Shown here piece after piece: positions 56,781 through 64,000 of a stretch of 64,000 nt of DNA. The notes under the pieces were generated by a model. That model made no database searches and was not told the DNA's origin. It was given only the letters and a program-made list of their open reading frames with translations. Position numbers and translations under genes: made by a program. How positions within the stretch are numbered: position 1 is the first letter of the stretch; each line of letters starts with the position of its first letter. This DNA comes from a virus, in IMG/VR virus record IMGVR_UViG_3300036781_000275, positions 9,324 to 73,323 of that record; one strand, 5' to 3'.

Positions 56781-57088
56781 GCTGCGGTCGGCGGATCCGT
56801 TTTCGCCGGCGGAGCTGGCACGATGCCGGCCGCCGCTACGGCCTTCGCTTTCTTCTCCGCGTCAGTCGGTCCCGGTCCGCTCGTGTGCTCGGTCCCGATG
56901 TCATGCACGGTGCCCGGTTCATCGATCACGGTCTGTCCGGTCACGGGATCGATGTGCGAGTACACCGGGTTGAGTGGTGGCGCGCCGCTCGACGTCGGCC
57001 GCCCCTTCGCCCTGATCACGAGGAACGCCGGCAACACGATGCCAACCGCTACCGCCACTACGACGATCGCAATCTGTGCTCCGCTCAT
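56777..57088 (-). CDS. small membrane protein
   Basis: MSGAQIAIVVVAVAVGIVLP TM; GGAG SD. Confidence 0.55.
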   Translation of the reverse strand: MSGAQIAIVVVAVAVGIVLPAFLVIRAKGRPTSSGAPPLNPVYSHIDPVTGQTVIDEPGTVHDIGTEHTSGPGPTDAEKKAKAVAAAGIVPAPPAKTDPPTAA

Positions 57089-57636
57089 GTCATCGCTCCT
57101 ACGGCGCGCCAGACCGCCTGCACGCCTTGGGTTCGCAGCAGCGTCCGCGCCACGTCGCTCGGCGACGGCTTGCATGCCGCGTGTTGATGGTGCGGGAGAT
57201 CCGGGTGCGTCCAGTCGCCGCCCCATTTACAGCCGTGTGCCTTGAATGTAGCCGCAACCTTCGCAAACCACGCGTTCGCTGCGGTCTCGCGCGCCGCTGA
57301 CTTCGGCCATGCCTTCACGGCCGCCTCGTTATCGAACCATTCGTACTCCGTCGAGATCACGTCGACCGCCAGCCCGTAGCCGTGCCACGTATAGGTCTCG
57401 TCGATCGCGTTCGTCACGGGCTCGCTCGGCGGGATGATCGTGCGCCCGCGCGCGTAGTACAGGACGGCCGTCGCGTGGGTTCGTGATGTCTCCGCGATCT
57501 TCGCATCGAGGCCGGCCGCCAGACACGCCGCAACAGCGGCCTCAACGTTCGCGCGGAAGATCGGGGCCAGCGCATCGAGCGAGCGGATAATGGTGGGCTC
57601 GGCCGCCGCGGCCGTCGCCGCGTCGCCGGCGCTCAC
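57085..57636 (-). CDS. endolysin, peptidase M15 family
   Basis: ETSRT...YARGRT...VTNA....WHGYGLAVD...WGGDW..PD.PH. Confidence 0.88.
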   Translation of the reverse strand: MSAGDAATAAAAEPTIIRSLDALAPIFRANVEAAVAACLAAGLDAKIAETSRTHATAVLYYARGRTIIPPSEPVTNAIDETYTWHGYGLAVDVISTEYEWFDNEAAVKAWPKSAARETAANAWFAKVAATFKAHGCKWGGDWTHPDLPHHQHAACKPSPSDVARTLLRTQGVQAVWRAVGAMT

Positions 57637-58049
57637 ATGACCCCCGCGTTCGGATCTCCATCCTTCCATGCGTGAGGCGTGAACACACTGCCTACGGTAC
57701 GCGTCCCGCCCTGCCCAAACCGCTCCAGAATGTGCGTGCCGAATTCGACGATCTCTTTCGCGGGCAATTTCTCCAGCGCGGCCGTGATCGGGCTCGACAG
57801 GATGAGCGCCATGCACAGCGTCGCCTCTGGCCAGCCGGCGATGCCCGCACTCCACATCTGGTGAAACATGGCTACCGAGAACGCCGCGATCGCGATGCTC
57901 GTCATCGACAGCACAACCGGCGCGCGCGTCGCGAGCACGCGCTGCGGGTTCTTCTCCATGAGCGGCGAAACGATACAGAGCCCTACGCGTGGCCAGATCA
58001 CGCTCACGACGACCGCCACGCCAATCCCGGCCCACATTATCCAGTTCAT
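57633..58049 (-). CDS. holin-like membrane protein
   Basis: Three hydrophobic segments, directly upstream of endolysin. Confidence 0.6.
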   Translation of the reverse strand: MNWIMWAGIGVAVVVSVIWPRVGLCIVSPLMEKNPQRVLATRAPVVLSMTSIAIAAFSVAMFHQMWSAGIAGWPEATLCMALILSSPITAALEKLPAKEIVEFGTHILERFGQGGTRTVGSVFTPHAWKDGDPNAGVM

Positions 58050-58576
58050 GAGCGGCTCAGGTTGCTGAGTTCAGGGTTTTTGATTTTGGCTCTCGTTGAG
58101 AGGCGATCGAGCGCGAGCTTCGCCGCTTCCGAGAAGTCGAGCAAATACCGTACGTTGCCGCGCACACCGTTCTTGCCTTCCGGCCCCATGAGTGTTTGCT
58201 CGAACGCGCTCAGCCTGACCTCCAATGCCGCCACCTTGGTATCGAATTCGCTCCCGATTTCATTGACCGCGGCCTTGCGTTCCGATACCTCCTGCGTCAA
58301 CGATGCGTCGGTGCTGTTGATTCTGGTCTCATTATGCGCCGCGGTCGTGTTGGCTTCCGCACTCGCGGTCGCAATTTTTCCTTCGATGTCGCGCACGATC
58401 GATTCGCGCAGCCCGTTCAGGGCGAGCTTGCGCATGTCTTCATCAGCGTTCGCCTTGCGTTCCACCTGCCAGCGCCACCACATGTGTGCAGCCCCGGCCC
58501 AGCCGATCGAACACGCGCTGATCAAGACCGGCTGCATCCATGCGGGTAACATCCCGATCTGCGGATCGGTAGGCAT
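58046..58576 (-). CDS. membrane-anchored coiled-coil protein (lysis region)
   Basis: N-terminal TM, coiled coil. Confidence 0.55.
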   Translation of the reverse strand: MPTDPQIGMLPAWMQPVLISACSIGWAGAAHMWWRWQVERKANADEDMRKLALNGLRESIVRDIEGKIATASAEANTTAAHNETRINSTDASLTQEVSERKAAVNEIGSEFDTKVAALEVRLSAFEQTLMGPEGKNGVRGNVRYLLDFSEAAKLALDRLSTRAKIKNPELSNLSRS

Positions 58577-59773
58577 TTAGGCCACCGCCTGTGCCATGAC
58601 GTCCATGGTGCGCGCTGCTCCTTGTGCGATACCCACCGCCTTGAAAGCAAAGCGTCCGTATGTGCCTGCTACTCCGCCCAGCGAGTTCAGATAGAATCGG
58701 GCAGCGGCCCACGCTGGCGCGAGTGCGCCCGTCGCTACCGGTGTGCCCGTCACAACTGCGCCGCCGTTGACGCGCGTGCTTGCCGTGCACAGCCCTGTCT
58801 TGTCGATCGTGAGCAGTGCTTCTACCTCATCACCATATGCGATCGCATTCGTCACGCTCCCTGAGCCCGGACCCGATGGAAAACCAAGCCCTGCATTATC
58901 GTGCGTGAATGAAAATTTGTTTGACCCTCCCTCGCCGGTTAACAGCGGGGCGTCGCCAGCAGCATCGCAGATTGACCAATACTTGTCGTTCCCCGACAGC
59001 GCTTGCGCCGTCCCGTAGTTGATGCCGCGAACGTAGATGCTCATGGCCTGCGGCAGCGACAGAAACGGGAAATACGCGGTCTCTGCGGCGCGCGTCACGG
59101 CAACCGTAGTGGCAGCCATCGGTGACGTCAACACGGTGCCGGTTTCGTTCGTCACCATATCCACGCTAATTTTGTCGCCATTCGTGACGATGCGAATGCC
59201 GACGCTCGGATTCGCGAGCGTTTGCGCCGGCGGCCCATACCGCGCGTACGCCGCGGTCAGCGGGCCAATCGTGGTCCACGTGGATCCGCCATCGACGCTC
59301 ATTTGGATAGCGCCGGTGCCGGTCTCGCGCTTCGCATACATCGCGACGATGCGGCTGCTCGATCCGAGCGTCACCGCTTGGACCGCCGTTGCATTGCCGG
59401 CGGTCGCGCCGAGGATCTTCGCGTTACCACTGACGCCGGGCACGCCAACGCCATCGATCCCCACCGTGGCCTGCGCGGTCATGTTGGTGCGCGTCCACGC
59501 CGCGTTGCCCACGTTGCGATTTTGCAGCAGCACCTGCGTGCTCGTCACTTCCAGCAGCAGCGCGAGTGAACCGTCCGCCGTGATGATGAACCGCGGCGCA
59601 TTGTCGACGGGCGCGTAGTAGAGCCCATCGCTCGCGAATGCCGCGGCATTGCCGGCGCGCACCAGCACCATCGATGCGCCGCTCACCCGATCCACGAGCG
59701 AGACGTCGCGCGCGTTCCACCCCAACATGAGCCACGGGGGCGGTGTGTGTCTGACCGCGAACAGCGCCGTCAT
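58577..59773 (-). CDS. tail fibre/spike protein
   Basis: R...A...DG......NAPRF....LLLE...T and T.....TRAAE motifs; lectin-like C-terminus. Confidence 0.7.
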   Translation of the reverse strand: MTALFAVRHTPPPWLMLGWNARDVSLVDRVSGASMVLVRAGNAAAFASDGLYYAPVDNAPRFIITADGSLALLLEVTSTQVLLQNRNVGNAAWTRTNMTAQATVGIDGVGVPGVSGNAKILGATAGNATAVQAVTLGSSSRIVAMYAKRETGTGAIQMSVDGGSTWTTIGPLTAAYARYGPPAQTLANPSVGIRIVTNGDKISVDMVTNETGTVLTSPMAATTVAVTRAAETAYFPFLSLPQAMSIYVRGINYGTAQALSGNDKYWSICDAAGDAPLLTGEGGSNKFSFTHDNAGLGFPSGPGSGSVTNAIAYGDEVEALLTIDKTGLCTASTRVNGGAVVTGTPVATGALAPAWAAARFYLNSLGGVAGTYGRFAFKAVGIAQGAARTMDVMAQAVA

Positions 59774-60582
59774 GAGAGAAAGGCCGGTAGAAGTGAAACT
59801 GCCAGTGTGCCGCGGGTTGTTTCGATCGTTGGCAAGTCCTGCGGGTCAATGTCGAAGAACGATTCACTCGCGCCAAGATATTGAATCCAATCGGTCGCCA
59901 CGCCGCCCGAATACATGGTCACTGAAAAGCCGCGTTGCGAGCGCACGAACTGCACGTACTGACTCGCCGTGAGTGTTTGTGAGAGCGTCCACCGTGCCAG
60001 CTCGGTGCCGCTCGCATTCTTCAGCGTGATGACTGTCGGCGACGGTGTAACTGCGCCGTATAGCGTGACCGTCATGTTGCGGATCCGCGCGCTCGACGTG
60101 CCGATCGGCAGCGGCACCGGCACGTTCACCGCGCCAACGCTTGCGATTGCCGGATTTCTCGCGTACCACAGCGGATCATGGCACACCACGGTCACATCGG
60201 CCTGCGCCTGCGGCTGTCCCGAGAGCAGCGACGCGGGCGCAGAGGCCGCGCGCACCGGCCCGGCCGTCAGCAATCCGTAACACACTTTGTTCGGATCGTC
60301 GACGCAGCAGACTTCGACCAGCCCGTTGAATGCGCGCCACAGCTCGTTGAGCTTGTCTCTGCGATCGGTCAGTGACGACGGGCTCTGCGCATAGAGGCCG
60401 AGCCCGAGCTGGCGCGTCCCAGTGCGCGAGGCATAGCTCAACGGCACCTGTCCGTCGACGTTCATCACGTCCGCCGTTTGAAACGTGCGTACCGGCAAGC
60501 TCAGCCAGTCCACAAGGTTCGTCGGGAAGAACCCGAGATCCTCCACGGGCGTCCCGTTAATCGAGACCGTGACGAGCGTCAT
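59770..60582 (-). CDS. distal tail (Dit)-like protein
   Basis: ING....DLG, DDP....YG, C.DP.WY; adjacent to Tal. Confidence 0.7.
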   Translation of the reverse strand: MTLVTVSINGTPVEDLGFFPTNLVDWLSLPVRTFQTADVMNVDGQVPLSYASRTGTRQLGLGLYAQSPSSLTDRRDKLNELWRAFNGLVEVCCVDDPNKVCYGLLTAGPVRAASAPASLLSGQPQAQADVTVVCHDPLWYARNPAIASVGAVNVPVPLPIGTSSARIRNMTVTLYGAVTPSPTVITLKNASGTELARWTLSQTLTASQYVQFVRSQRGFSVTMYSGGVATDWIQYLGASESFFDIDPQDLPTIETTRGTLAVSLLPAFLS

Positions 60583-63500
60583 TGTGCGTTCTCCAGCGCC
60601 ACGATCGCGGCGAGAATCGAATCGGGGTTATTGTCGAGCACGATCTGCGGTGCGGCGATCTCGGTCGATTCGCGCCGCGCGATCCGCGTCACTTCCATGC
60701 ACCGCGGGGTTGCGCCGATGATGTTGCGCTGCGGATCAAAGAGCTTTGTCGTCACACCGAGCACGTACTTTGCCGCGTCTTCGAGCACCGCCACCCGGTA
60801 CACGATCGACGGCGAGCTGCGCCCCTTGTCGAAGAGCAATTGATTCGCACCGACCCACGGAATCAGCTCGTCGCCCGTCACCGCGCCCACCGGCGTCGGC
60901 ATCGGTGCGTCTGCGGTCATCACGAACACCTCGATCGCTTGCAAATATATGACGCCGGTAAATGCTTCGAAGTTTTGCTGCCACGTGAGGAACGCGTCGG
61001 TTCCCGCCGGCACTACACTCAAGTCCACCGGTTGATCGAGTTCAAACGCGGTGAATGCCGGCGCAGCCTCGGTGCCTGCAACCAAGCTATCCGGGTTCAG
61101 CACCGAATCATCATAGCCGCCGAACGTGACTTGGAGCTGGGCGGTGTCCGCGTTGAATTGCTGCACGAGGAATCGAAAGCGGATCCATGCGCGATCCGCG
61201 CCGCCGATCGCCGGAATGTGCACCCCGCCCGTGAAGGATGGCCGAGAGAAGGTCGCGCCGAGGAACGTGTGCGCCGGCATGACCAGCATGTAGTCGCCGA
61301 GCCCGTCGCTTTGAATAGGTGACCACAGCGTGATCACCTCGTTGTCGGCCCATGTGGCCGTCGTATCGACAATGCACGTCACGCTCGCCTTGCCGGATCC
61401 GTCCGCAACGGCACGGTCGAGGATCGACATGTGTCGGCCGCCAGCGCTCGCCGAATGCACCCAGTCGCCGCATTGAATCACGCGGCCCGGTGTGAGCCCC
61501 TTGACGTTCATGGTCGTGACGACATCGGCGGTCTTGGCCTGCGCGCCGTCAATCGCGGCCACCGTCGAGCGAGAGACGGTTTGTGCGTCCGCCTTCACCC
61601 ACCGCGGCTGCCCGATGCTGCTCGCGTTGGCTCCTGTCGCCACGAGTCCTGTGAACACGGGCAGATTCGACACCCACAGATCGAACCGCGGATTGTCGCG
61701 GTAGTTGCGCTTGTAGCCGTCTGTGAATTGCGGGAAGCCGTCCACGGATCCATACAGGGCCAGATTGACCGGATCATCGAGATGCAACCGGTACGTGTCG
61801 GCTGCATCGTCGCGGAATTCCATGAGCTGGCCGGCCACGATTGGTCCTTTCGTGCCGCCGACCGCGGTCACCGTCTGCGCGCCGGCGGCAGAATCGGCCA
61901 CCGCGAACCGCAACCGCCCGCTCGGCAGAAGATTGCCATTGCGATAGTAGATCGCGATGCCACCCAACGTCGACATCATGACGAACACGTCATCGGTCGA
62001 GTCGTACAGCGCGCATTCGCCCGGTGTGTGCACGTACCCGGCAATCGCGTACGCCGCCGCGGTGTCAATCACGACTAACGCGTGCCGGTTCGTGCCGTTC
62101 TCGTGGAAATAGAGCTTCCCCCCGATGAACGGCATGATCGTCATCTCTCCGCTCAACACGACCGGCGTAATCGCGCCGCCGTTCAGTGAGCCGAGCGCGG
62201 TGCTCGTGCCAAGCGTTGCGCCGGCCTCGTTGTAACTCCGCGCGTGCGGGTTCGAAATGGCCTCAACCATGTACACGACGCCATTCGCGGTATCAGCGCC
62301 CAGCGCCGCCACATTACTCGCGAATGGCGTGATGGCCGCGATGTGCGCGAACGTGTTGTCATAGCGATGCACGGCCGTGGACGTCGACGAGAACGTATAG
62401 AACGCATTCGTCGCTGAACTGAACAGGCAATGTTGGCTGTTCGCGGCGAGCGTGTCGAGATAAGCCGCGTGCGCGTGCGTCGACATCACCATCAGCTCGA
62501 TCCCGTGCGTGCCTGTGGCAAAGCCGATCGCGAGATGTGTGCCACCCAGCGGGACGAGGTTGGTCAGCGTTGTTGGGCCAGCCGCGCACGCGTAGTTGCC
62601 AGCGCTCGCTTTCGTCGACAGCGTGATCCGCTCGATCTTCGAAGCGTCAGAACACGCCACGAGCAGCTCATCGGTGCCGCCGTCATAGCAGATCTCGCCG
62701 AAGCTCGTTGAGCCCGAAATGCTCACCGTGCCTGACGTGTTATCGCGCAAGTCGTACCAGCACAGCGTGTCGAACGCGCTGGCGTAGCTGAACACGCTCC
62801 ACCAGATCGTGCGCCGCGTCGGATCGTATGCGTATCCCTTGGGCTGCGTGCCCGTCGTGATCCGTGGGAAAATCATGTTGAACGAGACGCTGGCGTACGT
62901 GCCGTTGAGTTGATCATCCGCGCCGAGCGGTCCATCGCCGCCGGCCTGCGGATGCGCTAGCGTCGCCACAAGCCCCGTCACCGCCGACACCTTCCACCCA
63001 TGCTGTCCGATGTGCGACTCGTCGATTTCGGAGCCCACCACCGCGCCAAACGGAAACGCCCGCGTGTAGAACCGTTGATCCGCCGTGATGTCCCGGTCCA
63101 TGGCCTGCACATTGACCCCGACGCGCGCTTCCGGCGACGTCGCGCTCTCGCCGATTCGGACGAGATCGAGCAGGAACTTTTGACTGATCGTGTCGCGCCG
63201 CGCCTGTAGCTCGTACTTGGTCAGCGTTTCAAGCTGGCCGCCGAGCGCGAGCGGCGTGATGCGCTTCGCGGCAATCGAATACTTGCCAGTCGGCGTCACG
63301 TCGCCGAGCGCGAAGTGCGTGATCCCCAGCGACGTCAGCCACGGCAGCATGAAATTCTGGATGTACTGCGCCGGCGTGAGCAAGCTCTCTGCGATATTGA
63401 ACGACGGCATGCCGCCCAGCGTGACCGCGATCGGGTTGCGGCCGAGATCGTTGATGATGGGCTCGCACGTGACGGTCGCAATCGGCGACTCCAGTTTGTC

Positions 63501-63734
63501 CGAGAGCTTCGTGATCCGGTATTCGTACACGGTGCCGTCTTCATCGACAATGCGCAGCACGTTGTAAATGGCACAGTACGCGATCGCGTCCGAGTCAATG
63601 GGCAGTGTCATCGTGGCCGCACCGCGGTCGTTCCCGATCGTTTCGCGCCACGACACGCCGATCCAGTCGACGACCTCGAACAGCTTGGTCGCGCCTGCAA
63701 ATTCGACGTTGGGCCAAATCGAAATTTTCGCCAT
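60579..63734 (-). CDS. tail tip/Tal-like protein with beta-propeller insertion
   Basis: N-terminal baseplate-hub-like region (G.N......I....YTR..PFG), central propeller-like repeats; 1051 aa. Confidence 0.7.
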   Translation of the reverse strand: MAKISIWPNVEFAGATKLFEVVDWIGVSWRETIGNDRGAATMTLPIDSDAIAYCAIYNVLRIVDEDGTVYEYRITKLSDKLESPIATVTCEPIINDLGRNPIAVTLGGMPSFNIAESLLTPAQYIQNFMLPWLTSLGITHFALGDVTPTGKYSIAAKRITPLALGGQLETLTKYELQARRDTISQKFLLDLVRIGESATSPEARVGVNVQAMDRDITADQRFYTRAFPFGAVVGSEIDESHIGQHGWKVSAVTGLVATLAHPQAGGDGPLGADDQLNGTYASVSFNMIFPRITTGTQPKGYAYDPTRRTIWWSVFSYASAFDTLCWYDLRDNTSGTVSISGSTSFGEICYDGGTDELLVACSDASKIERITLSTKASAGNYACAAGPTTLTNLVPLGGTHLAIGFATGTHGIELMVMSTHAHAAYLDTLAANSQHCLFSSATNAFYTFSSTSTAVHRYDNTFAHIAAITPFASNVAALGADTANGVVYMVEAISNPHARSYNEAGATLGTSTALGSLNGGAITPVVLSGEMTIMPFIGGKLYFHENGTNRHALVVIDTAAAYAIAGYVHTPGECALYDSTDDVFVMMSTLGGIAIYYRNGNLLPSGRLRFAVADSAAGAQTVTAVGGTKGPIVAGQLMEFRDDAADTYRLHLDDPVNLALYGSVDGFPQFTDGYKRNYRDNPRFDLWVSNLPVFTGLVATGANASSIGQPRWVKADAQTVSRSTVAAIDGAQAKTADVVTTMNVKGLTPGRVIQCGDWVHSASAGGRHMSILDRAVADGSGKASVTCIVDTTATWADNEVITLWSPIQSDGLGDYMLVMPAHTFLGATFSRPSFTGGVHIPAIGGADRAWIRFRFLVQQFNADTAQLQVTFGGYDDSVLNPDSLVAGTEAAPAFTAFELDQPVDLSVVPAGTDAFLTWQQNFEAFTGVIYLQAIEVFVMTADAPMPTPVGAVTGDELIPWVGANQLLFDKGRSSPSIVYRVAVLEDAAKYVLGVTTKLFDPQRNIIGATPRCMEVTRIARRESTEIAAPQIVLDNNPDSILAAIVALENAQ

Positions 63735-64000
63735 CAGTCGGTCCGCGTCGCGCCCTGACCGTTACGCAGCGTAGCGCGCCCGCCGGCGAGGACGTGATCG
63801 ATCGAGCGCGCGCTTGATACCGCGCCGGGCGTCGCCGCTTGATACGACGCACCATCGCGCAGCGGTTGTGTGTTGTATTCGATCCGCGCCAACCACACGT
63901 TCGCCGATGCCAAATAGGACATCACGCTCGCGCCTTCCGCGGCGCTCACGCCCTGCAAACCGCCGCTATTCGAGGCGGATGTCGGCGACGCTGCCCCACC
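63734..64000 (-). CDS. probable tape measure protein C-terminus (partial)
   Basis: Open reading toward window edge; L.RIE.NT motif; position upstream of Tal. Confidence 0.5.
   Translation of the reverse strand, partial: GGAASPTSASNSGGLQGVSAAEGASVMSYLASANVWLARIEYNTQPLRDGASYQAATPGAVSSARSIDHVLAGGRATLRNGQGATRTD

Noticed and set aside
58577-63734. Diversity-generating retroelement targeting tail genes
   Set aside because: No reverse transcriptase and no TR/VR repeat pair noticed
1-64000. Numerous long plus-strand ORFs (e.g. 8232-9866, 33946-35127, 49782-50723)
   Set aside because: Antisense shadows of well-supported minus-strand genes in high-GC DNA; no motifs or SD signals

Overview
High-GC (about 65% by eye) tailed dsDNA phage sequence. 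Essentially every credible gene is on the minus strand. In transcription order (right to left) it carries: the likely tape-measure end, Tal, Dit and fibre genes; a lysis module; tmRNA; tRNA-Met followed by a ~420-nt highly base-paired non-coding region; recombination/DNA genes (Sak4-like ATPase, SNF2-like helicase, methyltransferase, exonuclease); an intergenic oriC-like element; orphan HigA plus tRNA-Lys; a MoxR-AAA/vWA module; a long run of small accessory genes; ParB, glycosyltransferase, TerS, HNH and TerL; a 4-gene moron; portal; putative head-fibre genes; gp7-like head protein and scaffold. Capsid and tail-tube genes lie outside the window, and no integrase, polymerase or primase was recognised. 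The main hidden structures are four. (1) A bacterial-chromosome-type origin (DnaA-trios plus tandem DnaA boxes) at 43.45-43.65 kb. (2) Fourteen exact copies of a LexA-box-shaped palindrome CTAAC-RNNY-GTTAG overlapping promoter -10 elements, often coupled to a conserved start-associated leader and sometimes to an 81-bp repeated promoter module. (3) A candidate large structured ncRNA. (4) A tmRNA with a 25-residue tag. The host is tentatively Gemmatimonadota (inference). Protein family calls come from motif recognition by eye, not database searches.
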